From the NCBI GenBank assembly GCA_965116905.1, contig OZ220732.1, forward strand, positions 3,584,001-3,648,000: 64,000 nt of DNA, written 5' to 3'. The notes under the pieces are model-generated. The model was not told the origin of the DNA. It made no database searches and saw only the letters and a program-made list of their open reading frames with translations. The stretch comes from Longimicrobiales bacterium. Its GTDB lineage: Bacteria; Gemmatimonadota; Gemmatimonadetes; Longimicrobiales; Gaopeijiaceae. The translations under genes were made by a program, and so were the position numbers. This document shows, piece by piece, positions 47,800 to 57,593 of the stretch (positions are counted from its first letter, which is position 1; each line of letters starts with the position of its first letter).

Positions 47800-49026
47800 C
47801 TAGAAGAATTCCTTGAGCCAGGCGCCCATGCGCGTGACCATGCCCGAGGCCACGGTGGAAGCGCCCTCACCGGTATCCATGAAGTAGTCGGCGCCGTGCA
47901 GCGCGAGCCCGGTAGCGGTCGAGAACCCGGGCGCGCTCACGACGTCGAGCAGTCCGGAAAGGCCCTCGCGCGGGACGCCGGCCCGCACGGGCGTGGCGAG
48001 GCACTTCCGGGCCAGCTCGACAATCCCCGGGGTCTGCGCCACCCCGCCGGTAATCACGACGCCCGCAGCCAGCGAGTCGGCGCCGAAGGTGCCGTTCAAC
48101 CTGCGGCTGATCCGCAGGAACATGCTCTGGAGACGCTCCTCCATGAGGCTGGCCACAAACCTGCGCGCGACCTTGCGGCTGTGACCGTTCGCTCCCGGCA
48201 GCTCCACGAACTCCGTCGGATCCACCATGCGTGCGTGCGCGGCGCCGTGGTGCTCCTTGACCCGACTCGCTTCGGCGAAGGGAATCGAGAGACCGCGTAT
48301 CAGATCGCTGGTGACCATGGAGCCCCCCAGTGGCAGCACCTCCAGATCACAGAGCCTTCCCTCCTGGTAGACGGACAACCCGGTCGTGGCCGACCCCATG
48401 TCGACCATCGCGACGCCGAGCTCCTTCTCGTCCTCGGGCACCACGGCGCGGGCCGCGGCCAGAGGCTCGACGATCGCGTCCTGCACCCGGTAGCCCGCCT
48501 TCTCCACCGCGCGCACGAGATTCCCCAGCGCCGTGGCGCATCCGGTCACCAGGAAGAGATCGGTCTCCAGCCGCGTCCCCGGCATTCCCACGGGATCCTT
48601 GATCCCACGCTGGTGGTCGACCTGGTAGTCCTGCGGTATGGCGTGCATGAGTTCGCGATCACGGGGCAGCGGCACGGCCTGAGCCACCTCGTGTACGCGG
48701 TCCACGTCCCTGGGCACGATTTCGCTTGCCGCAACGGCCACGACGCCGACGGAGCGATTCACGTTCACGTGTTCACCCGAGACACCGAGGTACACACGGT
48801 CCACCCGCATCCCCGCCATCAGTTCGGCTTCCTGGACGGCAATCCGAATGCTGTTCGTGGCGCCTTCCAGATCCGTGATCACATCCTTGCGCACCCCTAC
48901 CGTGGGCGTGCGGCCCACCCCGACGATGCGCAGTTCGGGACGGCTGAAGTCCTGCACCAGCCGCCCGATCACCGCACGGGTGGTCGTCGAACCGACGTCG
49001 AGCCCGGCAACCAGTACCGATCTCAT
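47800..49026 (-). CDS. ftsA: Cell division protein FtsA
   Basis: GLDVGSTT, DP.GM.G.RLE, EKELGV..VDMG, C-terminal W.KEFF helix. Confidence 0.95.
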   Translation of the reverse strand: MRSVLVAGLDVGSTTTRAVIGRLVQDFSRPELRIVGVGRTPTVGVRKDVITDLEGATNSIRIAVQEAELMAGMRVDRVYLGVSGEHVNVNRSVGVVAVAASEIVPRDVDRVHEVAQAVPLPRDRELMHAIPQDYQVDHQRGIKDPVGMPGTRLETDLFLVTGCATALGNLVRAVEKAGYRVQDAIVEPLAAARAVVPEDEKELGVAMVDMGSATTGLSVYQEGRLCDLEVLPLGGSMVTSDLIRGLSIPFAEASRVKEHHGAAHARMVDPTEFVELPGANGHSRKVARRFVASLMEERLQSMFLRISRRLNGTFGADSLAAGVVITGGVAQTPGIVELARKCLATPVRAGVPREGLSGLLDVVSAPGFSTATGLALHGADYFMDTGEGASTVASGMVTRMGAWLKEFF

Positions 49027-49838
49027 TGCCGCCCACCTCCCCCCGCTTCCGCGGCGGCCACGGTCCGGACCACCACCTGTTCGTCGAAGCGCAGGTCCAC
49101 CTCCCTGGGAGACTGCTCCGGGAACCTCCTGTCCGCGTCGTTGAGAGCGACCATGGCAGCCCGCAGCCGCGCTTCCGAGAACGGGGGCCGATAGCGCACC
49201 CTCACACCCGATTCACCCAGCAGCAGCGTCACCTCGCGGTCGCTGCCGCGAGCCTCCGAGAGGACCGCGAAGAACTCGGGGGTCTGCTCGGCCATCCGGG
49301 ACACCTCGCGGGCCAGGGTGCGCAACCCGTTGGCGTCGGAGGCGTCCGGCCCGACGAGGCGCAACAGCGGCAGGTCCAGATGGGCGCTGCGCGCATCGAA
49401 CGGCATGCGGTTCCCGGCGCGATCGACAGGCACCACCAGCGGCTGGGCGACCAGGGCCACGGGCCCGGTCTCTTCGACCGCGAGCCGCAGCGTGGACGGC
49501 AGTTCGCGCTCGACCGTCGCCGATGCGACAAGGGCGAGCCCCTCGATGCGCTCCTCGAGCCGCGACCGCTTCTCCCAGACGCTGGTCCCGGCGTCGATCC
49601 CGGCAGCACCCAGGATCTCGGCGCGGGTCAGGTAGCTGGCGCCCGTGATCTCGACGCTTGCAACGCGGAAAACGGGCAGCCGCGCGGCGAGGTCGAGCCC
49701 GGCCAGCACCAGAGCGGCCGCAACACCGACGATCCCGAGCAGGAGGGCCGTGCGGATCGCGATTCTGCTCGCCGTCGCGCGCCGCCTGCGCCACGCGCGC
49801 GTAGGAGACTCCATCGGCTGAATCAGCGGGCGGCTCAT
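49023..49838 (-). CDS. ftsQ: Cell division protein FtsQ/DivIB
   Basis: Single TM, POTRA domain, VDLRF; located between murC and ftsA. Confidence 0.85.
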   Translation of the reverse strand: MSRPLIQPMESPTRAWRRRRATASRIAIRTALLLGIVGVAAALVLAGLDLAARLPVFRVASVEITGASYLTRAEILGAAGIDAGTSVWEKRSRLEERIEGLALVASATVERELPSTLRLAVEETGPVALVAQPLVVPVDRAGNRMPFDARSAHLDLPLLRLVGPDASDANGLRTLAREVSRMAEQTPEFFAVLSEARGSDREVTLLLGESGVRVRYRPPFSEARLRAAMVALNDADRRFPEQSPREVDLRFDEQVVVRTVAAAEAGGGGRQ

Positions 49839-51232
49839 CGGGGGGCCTCCCGGTCGCGCAGCAGGGCGAGAATCCGGGGGCCTTCGCCCTCGATCGAACC
49901 GGCACCCATCACCACGCACACGTCACCGCGCGAGAGTTCCCCGGCCACGGTGGCCGAGAGCGTGGCCAGCTCGCCGTGGTAGCGGGCGTCCGTCTCCGCG
50001 ACCGCGTGCGCGACCAGCTCGCCGGTCACGCCCGGCAGCGGCTGCTCGCGGGCCGGGTAGACATCCGTGACCCAGACGAGGTCCGCTGCGCCCAGGGCGG
50101 CGCCGAACTCGGCGTGGAAGTCGCGCGTGCGGGTGAATAGGTGAGGCTGGAAAACGGCCACGATGCGCCGTCCCGGGTTGGCCTGCCGCGCGGCGGCCAG
50201 CGTCGCCGAGATCTCCGTGGGGTGGTGCGCGTAGTCGTCGATCACCTGGACGCCACCGGCGGTTCCCAGCGTATCGTAACGCCGCCCGACGCCCGGAAAA
50301 CCGGCGAGCCCGGCCCGGATGTCGTCCCACGCCACGCCGAACGACCGCCCCACGCCCGCCGCGGCCAGCGCGTTGCGGACGTTGTGCACGCCGGGGACGG
50401 GCACGGTGACGTTCCCCGCGCTCACGCCGTCCTCGGTGACGTGGAAAACGCTCTCCACTCCGCTGTCCCGCACCAGGGTGCCTCGCAACGACACGCCGGC
50501 GCCGAGCCCGTAGCTGCGCGTACGGGCTCCGCCCTGCACGCCGATCCGCGCGGCGCCCGGGTCGTCGCCGCAGACCCACAGGGTACCCGCCGGGTCGAGG
50601 CGGTCGATGAAGTGGGAGAAGGACGTGCGGACTCCCGCGAGATCGCCGTAGATGTCGAGGTGGTCGGCCTCGAGGTTGGTCACCACGGCCACCCGGGGAT
50701 CGAGATCGAGGAACGAGCGGTCATACTCGTCCGCCTCCACCACGAAGATGTCGGAGCCGCCGGGCCTCAGGTTGCCTCCCCAGCCGCGGACCTCGCCGCC
50801 GACGACGCCGGTGGGATCGACGCCCGCGCGTTCCAGGACGTGTGTGGCCATGGCCGTGGTCGTGGTCTTGCCGTGCGTGCCGGCGATCCCCACGACGCGT
50901 CCCTCGTTCACCCATTGCCCGAGCGCGACCGAACGCTTGAGCACGGGAATCCCCCCGGCGCGGGCGGCACGGAGCTCGGGGTGATCGGCGGGCACAGCGG
51001 AAGTCACGACGACCGCGGCGGCGGACTCGACGTGCGCGGGATCGTGTCCGAGCTCGAAGCTCATCCCGAGACTGGACAACACCACCACCGGCCTCCCGCG
51101 CACCAGGTCGCAGCCGGTCACCGAGGCCCCGCTGCGGAGCACCATTTCGGCAAGAGGCGCCATGCCGGAGCCACACACGCCCATGAAGTGGATGGGACCG
51201 CGGGCGGCCAGGGAGCGCAGGCGGGGCGTCAT
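49835..51232 (-). CDS. murC: UDP-N-acetylmuramate--L-alanine ligase
   Basis: GTHGKTTTT, EADEYDRSF, DHLD.Y, DDYAHHPTEI, FQPHLFTRT. Confidence 0.96.
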   Translation of the reverse strand: MTPRLRSLAARGPIHFMGVCGSGMAPLAEMVLRSGASVTGCDLVRGRPVVVLSSLGMSFELGHDPAHVESAAAVVVTSAVPADHPELRAARAGGIPVLKRSVALGQWVNEGRVVGIAGTHGKTTTTAMATHVLERAGVDPTGVVGGEVRGWGGNLRPGGSDIFVVEADEYDRSFLDLDPRVAVVTNLEADHLDIYGDLAGVRTSFSHFIDRLDPAGTLWVCGDDPGAARIGVQGGARTRSYGLGAGVSLRGTLVRDSGVESVFHVTEDGVSAGNVTVPVPGVHNVRNALAAAGVGRSFGVAWDDIRAGLAGFPGVGRRYDTLGTAGGVQVIDDYAHHPTEISATLAAARQANPGRRIVAVFQPHLFTRTRDFHAEFGAALGAADLVWVTDVYPAREQPLPGVTGELVAHAVAETDARYHGELATLSATVAGELSRGDVCVVMGAGSIEGEGPRILALLRDREAPR

Positions 51233-52443
51233 CGTGGCGTCTCGCGGTTGGCGCGTGGCGTCTCGCGGTTGGCGCGCAACAGGTCCGCAATGGCGGCGGC
51301 AACCTCCCGTGCGGCCTCGGGCCGCGCACGGTCGGCAGCGGCGCGCGACATGGCGTCCAGCCTTCCCGGAGTATCGACGAGTTGCCGGACCTCGTTCCAG
51401 AGCCGCGCCCCGGTCAGTGAGTCGGCCTCGGGCAGGTGCACCGCCGCCCCGGCCGCGGCCAGCGCGCGCGCGTTTGCGGTCTGATGATCCCCCGCGGCCG
51501 TCGGCAGCGGGATCAGGATCGCCGGCAGTCCCCAGGCCAGAAACTCCGAGGTTGCCATCGCGCCCGCGCGGGAAACCACCAGATCGGCCGCCGCGAGCGC
51601 CTGGTACATCGCGTCCGGTTCAAGATAGGGCACCACCGCGAATCGATCGGAAGCCAGCCCGGCGAGCGCGGCCTCGGCCTCCGCATGGTGCGCCCGCCCG
51701 GTCACCCATAAGACGAATTCGCCATCGATCGGCAAATCGTCTTGCAAAACTTCGTTTGTTGCACGATTCATCTTGCGGGCGCCCTGGCTTCCACCGACGA
51801 TCAGCACCAGCGTGCCCGTTTCGGGCAGCCCCAGGGCCCGTCGCGCGGCAGCCCGGCCGCGGGCCTCCACGGGGGGCAGGGGCCGGATCGGGTTGCCGGT
51901 GCGAAACACCCTTCGTCTCGCGCGTCGCGGAAGGGCGGCGCCCGCTTCCGGGTACGCGAGGTGAATCTGGTTCGCCCAGCGGGACAGCAGCCGGGTCGTC
52001 TTCCCCGGGTGCATGTTCTGTTCCTGCACGATCACGGGTAGCCCGAGCAGGCGTCCCGCGATCCCCGCCGGGGCGCAGACGTAGCCGCCGGTGAGGACCA
52101 CCGCGGCCGCCTCGCGCCTCCGGAGATCGGGCAGCAGACGCAGTACGGCTCCGACGAGCAGCCACAGAGCCCTGAGGCTGTCCCCGGCCGCGGAAAGCGC
52201 TCGGCGGGCCCGGACCGGCAATGGCCCGGGCCGGCGCATCTCCCGCACGGGATTGCGGAGTCCCGCCACCGGGAGCAGGCGGTACGGATAGCCGAGCGAG
52301 GGAAGCTCCGCCGCCTCGATGCGCCCCACGGTCCCCACGAAGTAGGGCTCCACACCGGGCATGGCCGCGCACAGCGCCTCGGCGATGTTCCGGGCCGGGT
52401 GGAAGTGGCCCGCGGTGCCTCCGCCGGAGAAGACCACCATCAT
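51229..52443 (-). CDS. murG: Undecaprenyl-PP-MurNAc-pentapeptide GlcNAc transferase
   Basis: GGGTAGHFHP, TGGYV, EQN, TGNP.R, GGSQGA, SRAGA, HQ..NA. Confidence 0.95.
   Translation of the reverse strand: MMVVFSGGGTAGHFHPARNIAEALCAAMPGVEPYFVGTVGRIEAAELPSLGYPYRLLPVAGLRNPVREMRRPGPLPVRARRALSAAGDSLRALWLLVGAVLRLLPDLRRREAAAVVLTGGYVCAPAGIAGRLLGLPVIVQEQNMHPGKTTRLLSRWANQIHLAYPEAGAALPRRARRRVFRTGNPIRPLPPVEARGRAAARRALGLPETGTLVLIVGGSQGARKMNRATNEVLQDDLPIDGEFVLWVTGRAHHAEAEAALAGLASDRFAVVPYLEPDAMYQALAAADLVVSRAGAMATSEFLAWGLPAILIPLPTAAGDHQTANARALAAAGAAVHLPEADSLTGARLWNEVRQLVDTPGRLDAMSRAAADRARPEAAREVAAAIADLLRANRETPRANRETPR
51233..51274. repeat. 21-bp perfect tandem duplication at the murG 3' end
   Basis: cgtggcgtctcgcggttggcg x2 (RANRETP). 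Confidence 0.9.
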
Positions 52444-53711
52444 CCCGACCCCTCCCCGGCGCGCGTGACCTCGCCTGCCGGCGCCTCCCGGGCCACGGCC
52501 ACGAGCATCCCCACGGCCGCCAGCATCGTGACGAGATTGCTGCGGCCGAAGGAGATGAACGGCAGCGACAGGCCCGTCGCGGGCAGGACGCCCAACCCCA
52601 CTCCGATGTGGAGGAAGGCCTGGAACCCGATCAGGCAGCTGATCCCGACGGCAAGGAGTTCGCCGAACGTGTCCCGGGCCCGGCGCGCAATCCTGAAGCC
52701 GAGCACGATCATGGCGAGAAAGCCGAGGATGACGCCGACGGTGCCCACGAGTCCCCACTCCTCGCCGATCATCGCGAAGATGAAGTCGTTGTGGGCCTCG
52801 GGCAGGAATCCGAACTTCTGCTGCCCCTCTCCGAAGCCGACCCCCGTCACGCCGCCGGAGCCGATGGCCACCAGACTCTGGTAGCTCTGAAACGCCGCGC
52901 CGTCCGGTGTCACCCCGGGATTGAGCAGGAGCGAGTCCCAGCGGGCGCCCCGGTATCCGGAAACGAGCATCGGACCGACCAGGGGAATGCAGGCGGCGCC
53001 AAGGATCACAAAGTGTCCCACGCGTGCGCCGGCCACGAAGATGATGGACATCCCGACCGCGACGATCAGGCAGGCCGTGGAGAAATCCGGCTCCAGCGCC
53101 ACCGGGACCATGACGAGCATCCAGCCGACGAGGAATGGTGCCAGTCCACGACGCATGTTGCGCATCAGGGGCTGCTTCCGGACCGCGAGGGCCGCGGTCC
53201 ACACGACCACCGCCAGCTTGGCCAGGTCCGAGGGCTGAAAGGTCACGCCGACACGGAGCCAGCGGCGGGCGCCGTTCACGGGCGGCGCGATCGCCTCGGT
53301 GAAGGGCAGGATGATGATGACGAGGAGTACGACCGCTCCCGCCAGGATGTGGTGCGCGAACCGTCGCCACCACCGGGTGGGAATGCGCGCACACGTCACC
53401 AGGAGAACGATCCCGATCGCGGCGCCGAACCCCTGCCGGGCCACGTAGTGGTAGTGGGGAAGGTCTCCGCGCTGCGCCATCACGGAACTCGCGCTGTGCA
53501 GGGTCAGGAGGCCGAAGAGCAGCAACACGGCCGTCAACGCCATGATCGCCTTCGGCTCCCACCCCTGCCCGAGCCCCGTTTCGGGGAGCGACCTGCGCGC
53601 CTTGGCGGCGACGTCGCGCGCCCACCGGGCCCGCGGGCGGACGGGCCTCGCCCCACCACGGTGGCCACGGGGGCCATGCCCGATGCGCGAGGTGCCGCCC
53701 GGCGCCGTCAT
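52440..53711 (-). CDS. ftsW: Peptidoglycan glycosyltransferase FtsW
   Basis: GARRW, QPSDLAK, EPDF, LPEAHNDFIF..IGEE.G, LPFISFG. Confidence 0.93.
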   Translation of the reverse strand: MTAPGGTSRIGHGPRGHRGGARPVRPRARWARDVAAKARRSLPETGLGQGWEPKAIMALTAVLLLFGLLTLHSASSVMAQRGDLPHYHYVARQGFGAAIGIVLLVTCARIPTRWWRRFAHHILAGAVVLLVIIILPFTEAIAPPVNGARRWLRVGVTFQPSDLAKLAVVVWTAALAVRKQPLMRNMRRGLAPFLVGWMLVMVPVALEPDFSTACLIVAVGMSIIFVAGARVGHFVILGAACIPLVGPMLVSGYRGARWDSLLLNPGVTPDGAAFQSYQSLVAIGSGGVTGVGFGEGQQKFGFLPEAHNDFIFAMIGEEWGLVGTVGVILGFLAMIVLGFRIARRARDTFGELLAVGISCLIGFQAFLHIGVGLGVLPATGLSLPFISFGRSNLVTMLAAVGMLVAVAREAPAGEVTRAGEGSG

Positions 53712-55123
53712 CCGGCGGTCCTCGCGGCTTCCCGCCCCAGAGCCTGGAACGCGGCGCCCCGGGCCTCGTAGTTCTCGAACATGTCGAAGCTGGAACACGC
53801 GGGCGCCAGGAGGAGCGTGTCGCCCGCCCGGGCGAGTCGGCGGCCCGCGGCCACCACCTCCTCGAAGGTGCCGTCGACGTACTCCACCAGGGGTCCCCGT
53901 CCCGCCATCTCGGCAGCCGCCCGCGGGCCCGCGGCGCCATAGGCGACGACGGCGCGCGTCCGTCCCTTCATCGCGTCCGCCAGGTCGCCGAAGTCCTCCC
54001 CCTTGTCGGTACCACCGACGAGAAGGACCACGGGGCCATCCAGGCTCGCGAGCGCGCCCGCGGCTGCCGCGACATTGGTCGCCTTCGAGTCGTTGACCCA
54101 CTGCACCCCGTCCACCGTCCCGACGGGCTCGAGCCGGTGCGGCAACGGCGGGAACGAGCGCAGGGCGCGACGCGCCCCGTCGAGCACGCCCCCGCCGAAC
54201 CCGGCCCCACCGGGCCCGGCCCCGGAAGCGGCCGCCGCCAGGAGCGCGGCGAGCGCGTTGGCGAGGTTGTGCCTCCCCAGCAGCCGGACGTCCGCGGCCT
54301 CGGCGACGCGGCGGGGACCCCGCCCCGTATCCACCGTCAGCCCGCTTCCATCCAGCCATGCCCCGGGTGCGCAGGAGGTCTCGAGCGAGAACGTCAGGCG
54401 GGACCCCGGCACGTCCCGCGCCATCTCGAGCACCGTGCCGTCGTCGCCGTTCAGCACCCAGGTCGTGTTGGCGTCGCCCGCATCGAACAGCCTGCGCTTG
54501 TCGCGGTGGTAGTCCTCCACCGTGGCGTACCGGTCCATGTGGTCGACGCCCAGGTTGGTCATTACGCCCACGTCCGGGGTGAGGTCACGAATGTCGGCCA
54601 GTTGAAAGGACGACAGTTCCAGCACGATCCGGTCGGCCGCCGGGTGCGTGGCGGCCAGGGTGGAAGCCGGCGGGCCCAGGCCGCCGCCGATATTGCCCCC
54701 CAGGGCCACGTCGACACCCGCTTCGCGCAGCAGGTGCGCGCTCAGCGCCGCCGTGGTCGTCTTCCCGTTCGTGCCGGTCACGATCGTCAGTGGACTCTGG
54801 ATGAACCGGCTGGCGAACTCAGGCTCCGATATCCAATCGACGCCCCGTGCGCGTAGGGCGGCGAGCACGGCCGCCGCCGGCGGGATGCCGGGGCTGACGA
54901 TGACGGTGTCCGCCGCGGCGATCTTCTCCAGCTCGTGTCCGCCAAGCCCGATCTCGGCTCCGAGATCCCGCAAAGCGGCTCCACGGGCTGCAACTGCGTC
55001 CTCGCTGCTCGCATCCGTGACATGAACTCTCGCTCCCTTTGCAAGGGCCAGCCGCGCCGCGGCGTCTCCGCTGGCGCCCAGCCCGATGACCGCAATTCTC
55101 TCTCGTTCATTCCCCGATCTCAT
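53708..55123 (-). CDS. murD: UDP-MurNAc-L-Ala--D-glutamate ligase
   Basis: TGTNGKTTT, ELSSFQL, DHMDRY, NDSKATN, PACSSFDMF. Confidence 0.96.
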   Translation of the reverse strand: MRSGNERERIAVIGLGASGDAAARLALAKGARVHVTDASSEDAVAARGAALRDLGAEIGLGGHELEKIAAADTVIVSPGIPPAAAVLAALRARGVDWISEPEFASRFIQSPLTIVTGTNGKTTTAALSAHLLREAGVDVALGGNIGGGLGPPASTLAATHPAADRIVLELSSFQLADIRDLTPDVGVMTNLGVDHMDRYATVEDYHRDKRRLFDAGDANTTWVLNGDDGTVLEMARDVPGSRLTFSLETSCAPGAWLDGSGLTVDTGRGPRRVAEAADVRLLGRHNLANALAALLAAAASGAGPGGAGFGGGVLDGARRALRSFPPLPHRLEPVGTVDGVQWVNDSKATNVAAAAGALASLDGPVVLLVGGTDKGEDFGDLADAMKGRTRAVVAYGAAGPRAAAEMAGRGPLVEYVDGTFEEVVAAGRRLARAGDTLLLAPACSSFDMFENYEARGAAFQALGREAARTAG

Positions 55124-56220
55124 CGCAGCTTCAGCGTGGCGAAGCCGACCATCGCGCAGAGGATTCCCAGGATCCAGAACCGGACCACGACCTGCTCGTT
55201 CTTCCAGCCGATCATCTGGAAGTGATGATGGATGGGGGCACATCTGAACACGCGCCGGCCCTCGCCGTAGCGCCGTCTCGTGTACTTGAAGTACTGGGTC
55301 TGGATGATCACCGACGCGGCCTCGGCCACGAACACGCCGCCCACCGCCACCAGGAGGAGTTCGGCCTTGAGCAGCACCGCCATGGCTCCGATGGCGCCTC
55401 CCAGCGCCAGTGAGCCGGTGTCGCCCATGATCACCCGCGCGGGCTGCGCATTGAACCACAGAAAACCCAGCGCGGCCCCGGTGATCCCCGCCGCAAACAC
55501 GGCAAGTTCTCCGGCGCCCGGCAGGTAGAAGAGCCCGAGGTACGCCGAGGTGTCGACCCGTCCGATCACGTACGCGAAGATCCCGAAGGTCCCCACGGCG
55601 ATCGCGACCAGTCCGGGCGCGAGTCCGTCGAGGCCGTCGGTCATGTTCACCGAATGGGTGGCGCCGTTGAGCACCACGGTGACCCAGAGCAGGTACGCGG
55701 CCGGAGTGAAGACGAGCTGCCACTCGTCGAAGACCGGCAGGTTCGTGGTCGTAGCCCCTACCGGCGCGATCGGGCCCCCCATGATCAGGAACGCCCCCAG
55801 CGCCAGGCCCAGCCCCAGCGAGCCCGCCCACTTGTAGCGCTCCACCAGACCGCGCGGCGTCTTGCGCACGACCTTGAGGTAATCGTCGAGGAAGCCGATC
55901 GCTCCCATCCACAGCATCACCACCAGCGCGATGATCGTGTACGGATTCGTCAGTTCGGCCCAGAGCAGCGTCGAGACGGCCACGACCGCCACGATCAGCA
56001 CCCCACCCATGTTCACCTTCGGCCCCTGACCCCGGTCGAGTCCGTTGCGCGGCACATTGACAATGCCGCGCGCGCGCATGCAGGCGATGAAGGGACGCCC
56101 CAGGATCAGCATCAGTATCAGCGCGCTGGCCATCGCGCCGGCGGACCGGACCGTCAGGTAGTTGAAGAGGTTGAAGACGATGTGAACGTCTTCCAGCCGG
56201 GGGAGCAGGTGGTAGAGCAT
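55120..56220 (-). CDS. mraY: Phospho-N-acetylmuramoyl-pentapeptide transferase
   Basis: GFLDDYLK, NMTDGLDGL, MGDTGSLALG, APIHHHF. Confidence 0.95.
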   Translation of the reverse strand: MLYHLLPRLEDVHIVFNLFNYLTVRSAGAMASALILMLILGRPFIACMRARGIVNVPRNGLDRGQGPKVNMGGVLIVAVVAVSTLLWAELTNPYTIIALVVMLWMGAIGFLDDYLKVVRKTPRGLVERYKWAGSLGLGLALGAFLIMGGPIAPVGATTTNLPVFDEWQLVFTPAAYLLWVTVVLNGATHSVNMTDGLDGLAPGLVAIAVGTFGIFAYVIGRVDTSAYLGLFYLPGAGELAVFAAGITGAALGFLWFNAQPARVIMGDTGSLALGGAIGAMAVLLKAELLLVAVGGVFVAEAASVIIQTQYFKYTRRRYGEGRRVFRCAPIHHHFQMIGWKNEQVVVRFWILGILCAMVGFATLKLR

Positions 56221-57593
56221 CAGGCGCGCACTCCCCCGAAGTCGGCCTCGAGACCCGGGATCACGCGCTCCAGCCGGACCCCGCGGGAAGCCTTGAGGAG
56301 CACCGTGTCGCCAGGGCCGACCAGACCGGGCAGGCGCTCGGCGAGGTCGTCGACGCGGGGAACGGCGAAGATGCGGTCGTCCGCGAGGCCCCCCGCCGCC
56401 CGGGCGAAGGCCCCCGTCAGCACGTACCGGTCGATCTCCGCGTCCAGGATCGCGTCCAGGGTTTCACGGTGAATCGCGGCCGATCGGGGCCCCAGCTCGA
56501 GCATGCTCCCCAGCACCGCCACCCTGCGCCCCCGTGTGTCCATGCCCGCGAGGGTGGCGACCGCCGCCTCGACTCCCGCCGCATTGGCGTTGTAGCAGTC
56601 GATCAGAAGCGCGAGGCCGCCCACGCTGCGCACCTCGCCGCGCAGGGCGCGGGGCGCGACGGCCGAAACACCCGCGACCGCGTGTGTCGGCGCCACGTTC
56701 AGCGAGCGGGCCACGGCGAGGGCCAGCAGTGCGTTGTAGACGTTGTGGGCGCCCGGAATCCGCATGGAGACGGGCTCTCCCATCCAGGTGAAGGAATACG
56801 TGCCGTCGGCCCGCAGACGCGCGTCGAAGGGGCGCAGGTCGCGGTCCGCCCGGTCCGACCAGCCGCTGACCGCAATATCGGGGTGGATCCTGCGGGCCTC
56901 GCGTGCCAGCTCCGGTGGCTCGTCGCCCACCAGCGCGATCCCCGCCGGATCGACGGCCCGGAGCAGGTCGAGCTTTTCCGTGAGTACGCCCGGGAGATCC
57001 CCGAGCCGCTCGACGTGTGTCTCCGAGACGGTCGTGACCACCCCGACCGTGGGACGTGCGACCCGGGCCAGCTCGGCGATCTCCCCGGGCTCGTTGGTGC
57101 CCATTTCCAGGACCAGAGAGGTTGCGCCGTCGGGCATCGACAGAATCGTCAGGGGCGTGCCCACGCGGTTGTTGTTGTTCGCGGACGTCCCGTGCGCCCG
57201 CGGCGTCGACGAGAGCGCCCCCAGCGTGAGGTCCTTCACGGTGGTCTTGCCCGACGAGCCCGTGATCCCCACGACCGGGATGCGCGCGTGGCTGCGCCGG
57301 TGCAGGGCGAGGTCTCCCAGCGCGGTAAGGGTGTCCGCGACGCGATAGACGGGGACGGGCAGGTCGCCGGGATCGCGGCTTGCGACCAGGGCCGCACACC
57401 CGGCCGCGACGGCCGCCGGCGCGAACTCATGGCCGTCGAAACGCGGTCCTTCGAGCGCGACGAACACGTCGTCCCGCCGGAGAGTGCGCGTGTCCGTGGA
57501 AACGCCCCGGTATCGGCGGCCCGGATCGCCACCCGGCAGACCCAGCGCGCGCCGCACCGAGGCGTCGGTCCACTCGAAGGCCGCGTCCGTCAT
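56220..57593 (-). CDS. murF: UDP-MurNAc-tripeptide--D-Ala-D-Ala ligase
   Basis: TGSSGKTTVK, EMGTNEPGEI, DCYNAN, MLELG, LKASRG. Confidence 0.95.
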   Translation of the reverse strand: MTDAAFEWTDASVRRALGLPGGDPGRRYRGVSTDTRTLRRDDVFVALEGPRFDGHEFAPAAVAAGCAALVASRDPGDLPVPVYRVADTLTALGDLALHRRSHARIPVVGITGSSGKTTVKDLTLGALSSTPRAHGTSANNNNRVGTPLTILSMPDGATSLVLEMGTNEPGEIAELARVARPTVGVVTTVSETHVERLGDLPGVLTEKLDLLRAVDPAGIALVGDEPPELAREARRIHPDIAVSGWSDRADRDLRPFDARLRADGTYSFTWMGEPVSMRIPGAHNVYNALLALAVARSLNVAPTHAVAGVSAVAPRALRGEVRSVGGLALLIDCYNANAAGVEAAVATLAGMDTRGRRVAVLGSMLELGPRSAAIHRETLDAILDAEIDRYVLTGAFARAAGGLADDRIFAVPRVDDLAERLPGLVGPGDTVLLKASRGVRLERVIPGLEADFGGVRA

